64,000 nt of DNA. Origin: Mobula hypostoma (taxonomy: Eukaryota). The DNA lies in assembly GCF_963921235.1 (NCBI RefSeq), contig NC_086097.1, forward strand, positions 161,822,001 to 161,886,000, given 5' to 3'. The number at the start of each line of letters is the position of its first letter. Position 1 is the stretch's first letter. A model generated the notes under the pieces. It was not told the DNA's origin. It saw only the letters and a list, made by a program, of their open reading frames with translations, and made no database searches. Made by a program: the position numbers and the translations under genes. This document shows, piece after piece, positions 50,650 through 63,255 of the stretch.

Positions 50650-53450
50650 GTGTAAAGACAGGAAGGTAGAAGGGCTGAAATGTGTGTACCTCAATGCAAG
50701 AAGCATCAGGAACAAAGGTGATGAACTGAGAGCTTAGATACATACATGGAATTATGATGTAGTGGCCATTACAGAGACTTGGCTGGCACCAGGGCAGGAA
50801 TGGATTCTTAATATTCCTGGATTTCAGTGCTTTAAAAGGGATAGAGAGGGCGGAAGAAGGGGAGAAGGGGTGGCATTACTGGTCAGGGATACTATTACAG
50901 CTACAGAAAGGGTGGGTAATGTAGCAGGATCCTCTTTTGAGTTAGTATGGGTGGAAGTCAGGAACAGGAAGGGAGCAGTTACTCAACTGGGGGTATTCTA
51001 TAGGCCCCCTGGTAGCAGCAGAGATACAGAGGAGCAGATTGGGAGGCAGATTTTGGAAAGGTGCAAAAATAACAGGGTTGTTATCATGGGTGACTTTAAC
51101 TTCCCTAATATTGATTGGCACCTGATTAGTTCCAAGGGTTTAGATGGAGCAGAATTTGTTAAGTGTGTCCAGGATGGATTCCTGTCACAGTATGTGGACA
51201 GGCCGACCAGGGGGAATGCCACACTAGATCTAGTACTAGGTAATGAACCGGGTCAGGTCACAGAACTCTCAGTGGGTGAGCATCTGGGGGACAGTGACCA
51301 CCGCTCCCTGGCCTTTATAATTATCATGAAAAAGGACAGAATCAAAGAGGACAGGAAAATTTTTAACTGGGGAAGGGAAATTATGAGGCTATAAGGCTAG
51401 AACTTGCGGATGTGAATTGGGATGATGTTTTTGCAGGGAAATGTACTATGGACATGTGGTTGATGTTTAGAGATCTCTTGCGGGATGTAAGGAATAAATT
51501 TGTCCCGGTGAGGAAGTAGGGTGAAGGAACCATGGGTGACAAGTGAGGTGGAAAATCTAGTCAGGTGGAAGAAGGCAGCATACATGAGGTTTAGGAAGCA
51601 AGGATCAGATGGGTCTATTGAGGAATATAGGGAAGCAAGAAAGGAGCTTAAGAAGGGGCTGAGAAGAGCAAGAAGGGGGCATGAGAAGGCCTTGGCGAGT
51701 AGGGTAAAGGAAAACCCCAAGGCATTCTTCAGTTATGTGAAGAAAAAAAGGATTGCAGGAGTGAAGGTAGGACTGATTAGAGATAAAGGTGGGAAGATGT
51801 GCCTGGAGGCTGTGGAAGTGAGCGAGGTCCTCAATGAATACTTCTGTTCAGTATTCACCAATGAGAGGGAACTTGATGACAGTGAGGACAACATGAGTGA
51901 GGTTGATGTTCTAGAGCATGTTGATATTAAGGGAGAGGAGGTGTTGGAGTTGTTAAAATACATTAGGACAGATAAGTCCCCAGGGCTTGACAGAATATTC
52001 CCCAGGCTGCTCCACGAGGTGAGAGAAGAGATTGCTGAGCCTGTGGCTAGGATCTTTATGTCCTCGTTGTCCACGGGAATGGTACCGGAGGATTGGAGGG
52101 AGGCGAATGTTGTTCCCTTGTTCAAAAAGGGTAGTAGGGATAGTCCAGGTAATTACAGACCAGTGAGCCTTACATCTGTGGTGGGAAAGCTGTTGGAAAA
52201 GATTCTTAGAGATAGGATCTGTAGGCATTTAGAGAATCATGGTCTGATCAGGGACAGTCAGCATGGCTTTGTGAAGGGCAGATCGTGTCTAACAAGCCTG
52301 ATAGAGTTCTTTGAGGAGGTGACCAGGCATATAGATAAGGGTAGTGCAGTGGATGTGATCTATATGGAATTTAGGAAGGCATTTGACAAGGTTCCACACG
52401 GTAGGCTTATTCAGAAAGTTAGAAGGCATGGGATCCAGGGAAGTTTGGCCAGGTGGATTCAGAATTGGCTTGCCTACAGAAGGCAGAGGGTGGTGGTGGA
52501 GGGAGTACATTCAGATTGGAGGATTGTGACTAGTGGTGTCCCACAAGGATCTGTTCTGGGACCTCTACTTTTTGTGATTTTTATTAACGACCTGGATGTA
52601 GGGGTAGAAGGGTGGGTTGGCAAGTTTGCAGATGACACAAAGGTTGGTGGTGTTGTAGATAGTGTAGAGGATTGTCAAAGATTGCAGAGAGACATTGATA
52701 GGATGCAGAAGTGGGCTGAGAAGTGGCAGATGGAGTACAATCCGGAGAAGTGTGAGGTGGTACACTTTGGAAGGACAAACTCCAAGGCAGAGTACAAAGT
52801 AAATGGCAGGATACTTGGTAGTGTGGAGGAGCAGAGGGATCTCGGGGTACATGTCCACAGATCCCTGAAAGTTGCCTCACGGGTGGATAGGGTAGTTAAG
52901 AAAGCTTATGGGGTGATAGCTTTCATAAGTCGAGGGATAGAGTTTAAGAGTCGCGATGTAATGATGCAGCTCTATAAAACTCTGGTTAGGCCACACTTGG
53001 AGTACTGTGTCCAGTTCTGGTCACCTCACTATAGGAAGGATGTGGAAGCATTGGAAAGGGTACAGAGGAGATTTACCAGGATGCTGCCTGGTTTAGAAAG
53101 TATACATTATGATCAGAGATTAAGGGAGCTAGGGCTTTACTCTTTGGAGAGAAGGAGAATGAGAGGAGACATGATAGAGGTGTACAAGATAATAAGAGGA
53201 ATAGATAGAGTGGATAGCCAGCGCCTCTTCCCCAGGGCACCACTGCTCAATACAAGAGGACATGGCTTTAAGATAAGGGGTGGGAAGTTCAAGGGGGATA
53301 TTAGAGGAAGGTTTTTTTTACTCAGAGAGTGGTTGGTGCGTGGAATGCACTGCCTGAGTCAGTGGTGGAGGCAGATACACTGGTGAAGTTTAAGAGACTA
53401 CTAGACAGGTATATGGAGGAATCTAAGGTGGGAGCTTATATGGGAGGCAG
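50650..53450 (+). pseudogene. CR1 ORF2 (APE endonuclease and RT), disrupted
   Basis: Stop near 50735, frameshifts near 51375, 51515 and 53315; open 621-aa segment 51521-53386 containing FADD. Confidence 0.9.
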
Positions 53451-54479
53451 GGTTTGAGGGTCGGCACAACATTGTGGGCCGAAGGGCCTGTACTGTGCTG
53501 TACTATTCTATGTTCTATGACTCTTCCATAGTTGGATGCATCAGCAAGGGAGATGAGGCTGAGTACAGGGCTATAGTAGGAAACTTTGTCACATGGTGTG
53601 AGCAGAATTATCTGCAGCTTAATGTGAAAAAGACTAAGGTGCTGGTGGTAGACCTGAGGAGAGCTAAGGTACCGGCGACCCCTGTTTCCATCCAGGGGGT
53701 CAGTGTGGACATGGTGGAGGATTACAAATACCTGGGGATACGAATTGACAATAAACTGGACTGGTCAAAGAACACTGAGGCTGTCTACAAGAAGGGTCAG
53801 AGCCATCTCTATTTCCTGAGGAGACTGAAGTCCTTTAACATCTGCTGGACGATGCTGAGGATGTTCTACGAGTCTGTGGTGGCCAGTGCTATCATGTTTG
53901 CTGTTGTGTGCTGGGGCAGCAGGCTGAGGGTAGCAGACATCAACAGAATCAACAAACTCATTCGTAAGGCCAGAGATGTTGTGGGGATGGAACTGGACTC
54001 TCTCACTGTGGTGTCTGAAAAGAGGATGTTGTCTAAGTTGCATGCCATCTTGGTCAATGTCTCTCATCCACTACATAATGTACTGGGTGGGCACAGGAGT
54101 ACATTCAGCCAGAGACTCATTCCACCGAGATGCAGCACAGAGCGTCATAGGAAGTCATTCCTGCCTGTGGCCATCAAACTTTACAACTCCTCCCTTGGAG
54201 GGTCAGACACCCTGAGCCAATGGGCTGGTCCTGGACTTATTTCATAATTTACATATTACTATTTAACTATTTATGGTTCTATTACTATTTATTATTTATG
54301 GTGCAACTGGAACGAAAACTAATTTCCCCCGGGATCAATAAAGTATGACTATGACTAATTACTGGAATTGTGAACAGTGAGGAAGGTTGTCAGAGGAAGT
54401 TCAGGAACAGCTACTTTCTTGTATTTATCGTGTTCTTGAACCACGAGTCTGTAGGGGCCATATACCGCATCTAGTGCTC

Positions 54480-54870
54480 CCAGGGTGGAGGCCTCCACAT
54501 TGGTGAGACCCGATGTAGACTGGGGAACTGTTCTGTTGAGCACCTTCAGTCCGCCTGCTGCTAAAGGTGGGAAACCCCGGTCACCACCCATTTCAATTCA
54601 ACTTCCTTTTCCCATTCCGACATGTGAGTCTATGGCCTCCAGTATCACGATGGGGGTAGTCTCAGATTGGAGGAGTAACACCTTATATTCCATCTACGTA
54701 GCTTTCAACCAGATGGTAATTTTTCCCACTCCCCCACCTTTTTACTCTGGCACCTTCCCCCTTCCTTTCCAGTCCTGAAGAAGGGTCTCAGTCCGGAACG
54801 TTGACTATTTATTCATTTCCATCGATGCTGTCTGACCTGTTGAGTTCCTACAGCATTTTGTATATGTTGC
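54480..54870 (+). mobile_element. Degraded Penelope-like 3' fragment
   Basis: cacattggtgagacc, ttggaggagtaacaccttatattcc; hammerhead remnant with GAAA changed to GGAA at 54771-54806. Confidence 0.75.
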
Positions 54871-56109
54871 CAAGAAAGAAATGAGATGGTTTTTCTCTAA
54901 GCTGTTTTGTGTGCCTTTGGAACAGTTTGCAAAGTGTGGTAAAATCTGAGTTTTTAGAATATTTTTAAGATAAAGGTAGATTGATGACTGATGTGCAAGG
55001 CAATAATAGGTCACAGTACTTAGACAGGAACATAGAGTGTAGGTTACAATCAGATCAGCCATTATCTCCTTAAATAGTGGAGCAGGTTTTGGAGGTCAGG
55101 TGTATGTTTGTATTGTTCATTAAGAGACCTGTAAGTTCCTCAATGAACTCAGTACCTAATTTACTAAGGAATTGCTTGTCATCAAAGGGTTTGTTTGTGA
55201 CATTGTGACAAAATGCTGAGGTGTAAGGAATTGTTTATGGAATTAAAAGATTTAATTGAGATGGAGAGGGATAGGTCTTCAGAGAAATAAAGCTCAGTAT
55301 ATGCATTTTGGACATTTGCATTCCTAATCAATAGATATTTGGGAAGACTGGACAAGACTGTTCATGCAAGTAACTTTGCAACAATGATTAGGCACAACAG
55401 GATGATAAACATTGCTTATGAGAGTGAGACCATCACATAATCTTATTTCAGCTCTGCTGTTGTTATGGATTCTATTACATGATCTTCACAGCATCACATA
55501 TAATACCTGTTGCATCTGAACTCCAACCTTTATCCATAAAACAGCTCCTCAAAAAAACTCATCTCTTACAAATTATTAGCTGAGCAGAACTGGAAAGCAA
55601 CAAATTAAAATCCACTATTTAATAAAGGAGAGAGAAAAATGGGGAACTACGGTCCAGTTAATCTGACATCAGAAAGAGGAAAAATGTGAAAATCTATTTG
55701 CAAGTTGTAACAGAGCTCTGAGAAAATAGAGACTATTGATGTTGTACCCTGGAGCAAAAGAACCAAACTGTGAGAGAAACTCGAGGGGTTGGGCAGCATC
55801 TGTGAAGACAAGGATGGCATCTAGACTGAGAGTATATACTTGGAAAATAATTCAATTTTGAAATTCCATTAATTTAGCGTTCGGAATTTTGGTTTAGATT
55901 CATTTTCAATGATTTATTGATTTATCACTCATACATTAAAGCATACAGTGAGATGTGTGATTTACGTTAACAGGCAACACAATCTAAGGACATGCTGGGG
56001 ATGGCCCACAAGTATCACTACACCAATATGACATTCCCACAGTGTTCAGCAGTGTACCACAAGTGATGGCAATAACAACAACAAAACAACACCAGCAAGC
56101 CCCATTCCT

Positions 56110-56160
56110 CCCACCCACCCACCCACCAACCCACCAACCCACCAACCCACCAACCCACCA
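56110..56160. repeat. (CCA/CCAA)n simple repeat
   Basis: ccacccacccacccaccaacccaccaacccacc visible. Confidence 0.85.
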
Positions 56161-57836
56161 GCTCACATATACAGATAGGTCTTCAATGCCGGAATAGGCC
56201 GCTTCCGGGTTGCCACCTTCCTTTGGAGTTGCAGATGTCAGGCCTCTGACTTCCCCAGTGGACTCGCAGACCCAGGCGACAGCCATTGGACCTTAAAATT
56301 CAGGGCTCCCTGACTTGGCTTCAGTCTCTGTATTGAACTTGGGACTCGCCAGTGAAGTGATCTTGAACTCTGGACTTGCTAACTTACTGACCGCTGGGCC
56401 TCGTGTCTCCTGCCCGGATGGACCTTTGATCACAGGACCTGCAGACCTGGGGGTCTTGCCAACCTGGGGGGATCACCAGTCCTCATTCTCACTGGTATCC
56501 ATCCAATTGTTTGGTAGTGTTGAACTGACATGTGCTCCAGACTATTGGATGTTATGTTGTTGATACTACCACACAATTTTAATTAACTTTGGATATTAAA
56601 CAGGAAAACAATTTTCCAGTGAACTTCGTAAGTTTGAAGGGAACATGGGGGACGAAAAGAACCAGCTGAATTTCAATGAGTGCAGGTGCTTGGGCTCTGT
56701 TGTGAGAACGAGAGCAGGGCTTCAGTGTGTGAATGAGAACAAAGGAGTAGGCACGGAGTGAGCCCGATGCCAAACCATTGGGATTTCCAAATAGATTGCA
56801 GATTATCGGAGTTTTACAAAATTAGGCAGCATCAATGTGGATTGATGAAAAGGAATTGATGCTTGACCAAACTTTTGAAACTTTCTAAGGTTGTAGTTAG
56901 CAGAATGGATTTTGGGAACCTGTTCTAGTGGTATGTTTAGGCTTTTTGAGACATTTAGTGGAATCTTGTTTACTCTGTCTGACACTTATCTAATGTTCAG
57001 TAGTGTGTGCAAAAGTCAAAAGGCTGAAAAATGAATGCAAGAGTTCTAACCATTTCGATTCTATTATCTCACAGTTTTGAGACTAGCTGACCTTCTGCTT
57101 CAGGTATAAGCATTTTCATTCATAATTACCTTGATAGTCATAGTTAATTTTTTATTATAGCTCAAAACTGAGAATAAACGATCACTTCATAAACCAGAAA
57201 TTTTATCCAAGATTGAAGCATGTTTCAGATTTTTTTTTAACTGATGGAACCAAAGAATTATGTTTGTCTTGTCAGTGATTTTCTTTTTTTTTAATTTTAT
57301 TTTTATTTGGATAAGGAATTCACAATTATCATGTACTTTTTTCACACACATAACCTTTTCCATTTTTTTATATGTATAAAACTACAATTATTTATACATT
57401 CTTAAGTACACATTGAGATGATATAAAAGGAAAATAAACATTTAAATAGATAGTTATGTACTGTGGTAAATCTAACCTATTAGGCTAAGTAATGAAATTA
57501 GTTGTTAAGAAAAATGGTAATAATAGTTTCCATACAACCCTTCTGGACTATTTCCACTGGTCCAAAATGTTGCATACAAGCCTATATACCAACCATTGTA
57601 GGTGTTTATATCCCAATTTGTTCGTGCTTGTTCCTGCCCGCAGACATAATTATCCAATCCCTATGTACTTATTTACTTAATTTTTTCATTTTTTTTAATC
57701 CCTTTCCCAATTTTTTCCCTTTACTTGTGTTAATTCTCTATTTTCCAAAAAAAAACAACAAACATTTAGACTAGGGGTGCTTACGTTAGCAATATTACTG
57801 TGTTGATGAGAAGAGCAATATAAATCATTAGGAGAG

Positions 57837-60800
57837 TCATCTAAAGTCTGCTCGCATTGGGGTTATATATTCAATCCATTTATTCCAGATTTGATAAAAT
57901 GTTTCTTTTTGAGTTCTCAGGGAGTAAGTCAACTTTTCCATTTTAAATATTTCCAAGATAATTTCGTACCAATCTTCTAATGTAGGTGGTATTGGATTTA
58001 GCCATTTTCCAGTGATTGATTTCTTACTTGCCGCTAAGAGGGCCTGCAGCAACTTTATATCTTCCTTCTGTTCAAGGAACAATACATGCCCCAAATAGAG
58101 CGTCTCAAAGTTCAGAGGTATCTGGGACCTAAGTACCTTAACTAATGTTCTATGAATACCTTCCCAAAATAGACTTAATTTAGGGCAATCCCAGAAAATA
58201 TGAAAATGATTTGCCTCCTTGGAGCCGCACCTTCTCCAACACATCACATTTGTATCTTTATATTTTTCCTGATATGGGGTCTTGAAGTATCTTATAATGT
58301 TTTTCCAACAATGTTCTCTCCAAGTCAAAGAATTAGTCGAGGACCATTGAAAGCTGCAGATTTTCCCCCAAGCCTCCTCTGAAAGTACCAACCCCGCTTC
58401 TTTCTCCCACTTCTCTTTAATATACAGTGTATTTACATTTTTAGCATGGGAGAGTGCATTATATAGGCGAGAAACTGATTTACTAGGTATTGAACTGCAA
58501 GCCGAACTCAGAATCTTGAAAAATTCTAATTCTACTGTTGATAGGTCTGTATATCTACAACTCTGGTTAACATAGTTTCGTATTTGAAGGTACCTAAAAA
58601 AGTCATTATGTTCTAGGCCATGTTTGTCCTGCAGGATTTGGAAACTTTGTAATACTCTTTTATCTATAAATGAGAGGTAGGTTGTAAGACCTTGCTTTAT
58701 CCATAGCTCAAATCTTTTATCTCCTCTGTTGGGAAGGAATTCGGTATCATATGCACACCATCTAAAGAGTTTTAGCATGTTATTAATTCCATATGAATTA
58801 ACCACCTTCTGCCATACTTTTAATGTAAGATTTATCCAAGCATTATTAAATTTTTCCAACTGGGCCATCAATCCTTTGTCAGCTATTGAGGTCTGAAGAG
58901 GAAAACTGTCAACTAATCCAAATTCTATTTCCTTCCATCTAGCCTTATATTCCCTATTACACCAATATAACAGAGGGGTTATCTGTGAGGCATAAAAATA
59001 ATTTCTCAGGCAAGGAAGAACCATACCTCCTCTTTCCTTCCCTAACTGTAAGGTGTTATATCGAATTCTAGGTTTCCTTCCTTGCCAAATGAAGCGGGAA
59101 ATCCATTTGTCCCATTCCCTGAATTGATTATCATCCACCTCCACTGGTAAAGTACGGAAAAGATATAATAACCGAGGAAGAATATTCATTTTTATAGTAT
59201 TTATCCTTGAATTTAAACTTAAAAAGGGGATAAGATTCCATCTATGCATATCTGCTTTTATCTCTGAGATTAATGGCCCATAATTTACCTGTGACAGTGT
59301 TGAAAGATCCTTCGGCAGGGTTATTCCTAAATATTTTAATGATTTAGCTTCCCACTTAAGATCGTATGTATCCTGCAATTTTTTGGATGGTGTATAATTT
59401 AGGGACATAACCTGCGTTTTCTTTACATTTATTTTATAACCTGATATTTTCCCAAAGTCATCCAACAGTGTAAACAATCCTATAAATGATTTTTCTGGTT
59501 CACTCAGATAGACCAAAACATCATCTGCGAATAACGCCACTTTCTGTTCAATCCCTGCCACCTTGATACCTTTTACGATTTCGCTCTGTCTTATTAGTTG
59601 GGCAAGTGGTCCAATATATAGCGCAAAAAGGAGAGGAGAAATTGGGCATCCCTGTCTAGTGCCTCTCTCTAAAATGAAGGAGTCAGAGAGGTCCCCATTT
59701 ATCTTAATTCGGGCTGTTGGGCTGTCATACAGAGTCTGAATTACTTTAATAAACCTTTCTTGAAAGCCGAATCTTCCTAACACTCTGTATAGGAATGCCC
59801 AACTAACCGAATCAAAAGCTTTCTCAGCGTCCAATCCTACTACCATTGTCTCTGTCTCGTTCTTATTAACCTGTTCTAATATGTGCAGAGTTCTCCTTAT
59901 GTTGTCCTGTGTTTGTCTTTGTTGAATAAATCCAGTCTGGTCTAAATGGATTAGGCCAGGTAAAAGCTTTTCCAATCTGCGGGCTAATATAGATGTATAT
60001 AGTTTGTAATCTAAATTAAGAACACTAATTGGCTGATAATTGCCACATTCTAGTTTATCTTTACCCTCTTTAGGAATAACTGAAATAATCGCTTCTCTCC
60101 AGGAAGGTGGAGTTTCTCCTCTCTGCAAGATCCAATTAAAGGTGTTAAGTAGTAATGGGGCTAACTGTGTCTTCAGGGACTTGTACCACTCTGAGGTAAA
60201 CCCATCAGAACCCGGGGACTTTCCAGCCTTTAACCTAGAGATGGCCACGTTCAGTTCTTTGACAGTTACTGGTTCTAATAAACTTTCATTTTGTAAATCT
60301 GTAAGTTTAAGTAGATCTAAAAAATTCAATACACTGTCTATATAGGGCTCATTGGGGGCCCGGGGTTGGGAGTACTGCTGTCGATAATATTTTTCAAACC
60401 TCTCTTGAATTTTCCCTACTGTACTCTCCACAAGCTTTGTCTTTGGATTCTTTATTTTATGAATTGTATTGTCTGCTTGTTGTTTTCGTAATTTATATGC
60501 TAATAATCTAGCTGATTTACCTCCTACTTCATAATTCTTTTGTCTCAGGTAAAGAAAATTGCTTTGAGTTTCCAACGTATAAATATCATCAATTTCACTT
60601 TGCAATTTCCTAATTTCCTGTTTTCGATTTGAATTACTTTTGTTGCTATCTCCAACTTGAAGTTGTTTTAATTTTCCTTGAAGGTCTGCTAATTTTTGTG
60701 CATTGATTTTTTTCATGTGAGTAGTAATGGAAATAATTTTCCCTCTCAGTACAGCTTTCAATGTATCCCATAAAATCACTGGTGACGTTTCTCCCGTGTC

Positions 60801-61625
60801 ATTAAGGTCTAGATATTCTTTGATTTCTCCCCTTAATCTCTCCATTACTTTTGGGTTATTGAGTATATGTGAGTTTAGCCTCCATAGTGTTTTCCTCATT
60901 TTCCTTTCCAGGATTAGAGACATAGAGACTGGGCTATGATCCGACAGATCAATTGTTGCAATATTACAGTTTTTTATCCTGAGTCTATCTGTATTAAAGA
61001 TAAAGAAATAGTCTATCCTTGAATAGGCTGAATGAGGGAAAGAGTAATATGTATAATCTTTACTAGTAGGGTGTAATTCCCTCCAGACATCTATAATTCC
61101 CAACTCCTCCATCAATGAATTCACTTTCCGAGTCAGAGGTTTATTCTGAGTAACTATTCTTGAAGAATCTAATATAGGATTTAATCTAATATTAAAATCC
61201 CCTCCACAAATTACTACCCCTCGAGAACTGACCATTAGGTCAAAAATGTGTCTATAAAATGACCATTTACTACCTGGAGGAGCATAAACATTCAGCAATG
61301 TTATTTCTGTACCTTCTATTCTTCCTATGATTTTTACAAACCGTCCTTCTTTGTCTCTAGTCTCTGAAATATGTTCATAATTAAGAGTACTTGATATTAA
61401 AGTAGCTACCCCTCTTTTGTGACTCAATTTATATGATGAATAAAATACATGCTTAAAGCCCATTCTTTTTAATTTTCCATGTTCAGATTGGCTCATATGT
61501 GTTTCCTGGAGGAAAGCTATTTGTGCCCTCTCTTTTTTCAATTTAGACATAATCTTATTTTTTTTAATTGGATTCAAAACCCCATTAACATTATAGGAAA
61601 TTATTTTTACCAATTCATTTTGCAT
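57837..61625 (-). CDS. L1 ORF2p (APE endonuclease, RT, CCHC), uninterrupted, 1262 aa from the ATG at 61625
   Basis: SYNVNG, FLQETH, GGDFN, SRIDY, SDH; KSPGSDG, LDAEKAFD, GTRQGCPISP, FADD; CWRRC..HFHIFWDC. Confidence 0.93.
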   Translation of the reverse strand: MQNELVKIISYNVNGVLNPIKKNKIMSKLKKERAQIAFLQETHMSQSEHGKLKRMGFKHVFYSSYKLSHKRGVATLISSTLNYEHISETRDKEGRFVKIIGRIEGTEITLLNVYAPPGSKWSFYRHIFDLMVSSRGVVICGGDFNIRLNPILDSSRIVTQNKPLTRKVNSLMEELGIIDVWRELHPTSKDYTYYSFPHSAYSRIDYFFIFNTDRLRIKNCNIATIDLSDHSPVSMSLILERKMRKTLWRLNSHILNNPKVMERLRGEIKEYLDLNDTGETSPVILWDTLKAVLRGKIISITTHMKKINAQKLADLQGKLKQLQVGDSNKSNSNRKQEIRKLQSEIDDIYTLETQSNFLYLRQKNYEVGGKSARLLAYKLRKQQADNTIHKIKNPKTKLVESTVGKIQERFEKYYRQQYSQPRAPNEPYIDSVLNFLDLLKLTDLQNESLLEPVTVKELNVAISRLKAGKSPGSDGFTSEWYKSLKTQLAPLLLNTFNWILQRGETPPSWREAIISVIPKEGKDKLECGNYQPISVLNLDYKLYTSILARRLEKLLPGLIHLDQTGFIQQRQTQDNIRRTLHILEQVNKNETETMVVGLDAEKAFDSVSWAFLYRVLGRFGFQERFIKVIQTLYDSPTARIKINGDLSDSFILERGTRQGCPISPLLFALYIGPLAQLIRQSEIVKGIKVAGIEQKVALFADDVLVYLSEPEKSFIGLFTLLDDFGKISGYKINVKKTQVMSLNYTPSKKLQDTYDLKWEAKSLKYLGITLPKDLSTLSQVNYGPLISEIKADMHRWNLIPFLSLNSRINTIKMNILPRLLYLFRTLPVEVDDNQFREWDKWISRFIWQGRKPRIRYNTLQLGKERGGMVLPCLRNYFYASQITPLLYWCNREYKARWKEIEFGLVDSFPLQTSIADKGLMAQLEKFNNAWINLTLKVWQKVVNSYGINNMLKLFRWCAYDTEFLPNRGDKRFELWIKQGLTTYLSFIDKRVLQSFQILQDKHGLEHNDFFRYLQIRNYVNQSCRYTDLSTVELEFFKILSSACSSIPSKSVSRLYNALSHAKNVNTLYIKEKWEKEAGLVLSEEAWGKICSFQWSSTNSLTWREHCWKNIIRYFKTPYQEKYKDTNVMCWRRCGSKEANHFHIFWDCPKLSLFWEGIHRTLVKVLRSQIPLNFETLYLGHVLFLEQKEDIKLLQALLAASKKSITGKWLNPIPPTLEDWYEIILEIFKMEKLTYSLRTQKETFYQIWNKWIEYITPMRADFR

Positions 61626-61987
61626 TTTTCTCTGGTAGAAAAAAAGCACTCTCCTTTTCTAACCAAACAGTAAGCAATCCCTTCTCAACAGTAAACCAAG
61701 ACATATAACCACACCCTAGACATTTCTGAACGTATAACATTTGAAAATTTTTCCCGACTTCCCACAGTGAGGCCTGAGCACCGACCCGCCTCAGTTCAGA
61801 GGGATAACCTCTATCTTCACCCTGTGTTAGAGGGCCCTCAGCAGTTTGAATAATCATAGAGAATTTTCTCCTATTTATGTCTCGACCATATTGCTATCAT
61901 TCAAGTTATTCAGCCTAGTTTATTTTCAGTTACCAGTTTTCATTTTACTTTTAAGTCCAATTTACTCTTTTCAGTCATTTCTCTTAA

Positions 61988-62974
61988 TTAATCTGTATTC
62001 TCTGTACATTCGCGTCTGAATATTTGCAGCTTTTCCTTGTAGTTTGACACTCTGGTTCGGGTGGAGCGTCCTCGCCCCACTAACTGCCACGACTTCTGCC
62101 GAATCCTCTCCAGTAGCGACTCCGGTTGGGTGATAACTTTAATGGGTAGTCCCCGGTCCGCCAGGTCCGACGTTGCCTCCTCCACCGTAGCGTAAGTTTT
62201 TGTCCCTTCGTCGTAAAAGACTCTCAGCCGAGCTGGATACAGGGTCTGGAATCTGATGTTGTTTTCCTTCAGGACTCTCCGTGTTTCCGTATATTCCTTC
62301 CGTCTGGCAAGAATCCCCGGTGCGTAGTCGTGGTCTAAACTGATTTTGCAGTTGTTCCACATGAAACCTTTCTTTTGCCATGCTCTTTTAAGCACCTCTT
62401 CCTTCGTTCTGTAACTGAGAAATCTGATCAGAATCAATCTGGGCTGGGCGCCTGCCGGAGGCTATGGTGCCAACGCGCGGTGAGCCCTTTCTATCTGTAG
62501 GTCTTTTGCGGCCGGCATATCAAGGTTCTCTCTAAGCAGCTTCTCCACGAAGGGAATCATCAATCCCGGTTTACCTTCGGTTCCTTCGGGAACTCCGTAA
62601 ATCCTCACATGTTCCCTTCTCGAGCGGCCTTCTTGATCTATTAGTTTCCACTGGAGTTGGTCTTGTAGCTTCAGCATTTCTGCTATCACTTCCTCGGCGT
62701 TTTGTAGCTTTTCTTCAATTCCAACAATCCTCGCTTCGGCTTCATCTATCCGCGAGTTAGTTTTTACTATTTCTCCTTTAATATCTTCCAGCTGTTTGCT
62801 ATTATCTTGTCGGAACTCGCGAATCTCTCCGAGAATCAAAGACAGAGTCACTGATTCCCCCTCATTATCTCCGTCCTGGCTTGCCGTGGGGGAGCTCGGC
62901 CCGTCGCCTTGCTGCGCCTCTTTACGTTTATCAACCTTCGAAGCGGACTTTTTATTCTTGTTCTTAGACATCAT
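61988..62974 (-). pseudogene. L1 ORF1p with a single premature stop
   Basis: Coiled coil, EGRSRR..RIYGVPE, IERAHR, then TAG at 62462-62464, continuing in frame through ILIRFL...YPARLRV. Confidence 0.88.
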
Positions 62975-63255
62975 CCTTGCCCCTTTTATTAATATAGTTA
63001 TGCAATATTAAGTATTTGTCTAAATTCGATTTTGGGGCAGTTTACCTTCTTTTTTGTCGAGTGACCTTTTCCTTACGCCGCCATTCCCTTGATGACCCGG
63101 AAGTCCTCCGTCAGTGATTTTCATAAACCTTTTAATGTTTATTTTCTCAACATTGTCTTAGTGAAATTATCTTTTGAGCTGCTGACTTGATGGGTGAATA
63201 GAGATGTCAGAATAGTATCTAATTTCCTATGCAGTAAAAAGTCAGGATGAACTCA

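Larger units (their letters stand above)
49437..53516 (+). mobile_element. Apparently full-length CR1 LINE
   Basis: 5' UTR with 16-bp tandem GGCCAGTGCGTGAGTG, ORF1, ORF2, tail ttctatgttct; ATGA at both junctions. Confidence 0.96.
48240..54356 (+). mobile_element. Rex1 LINE (5'-truncated) split by a full-length CR1
   Basis: NNKPWMTK...KAAGPDGV...QKFSD|DSSIVGCI...FLPVAIKLYN; (ATGACT)n tail; TSD AATTA at 48235-48239 and 54357-54361 within an older CR1 remnant. Confidence 0.93.
57284..63109 (-). mobile_element. Full-length young L1 element (~5.8 kb)
   Basis: 13-bp TSD GTCAGTGATTTTC at 57271-57283 and 63110-63122; 5' end GGAGGACTTCCGG...ATGGCGGCG; poly(A) tail; ORF1 and ORF2. Confidence 0.97.

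Noticed and set aside
53474..54247. Apparent novel fusion ORFs (also 48589-49506, 14668-15027, 36802-37278)
   Set aside because: Read-through across TE insertion junctions, not genes.
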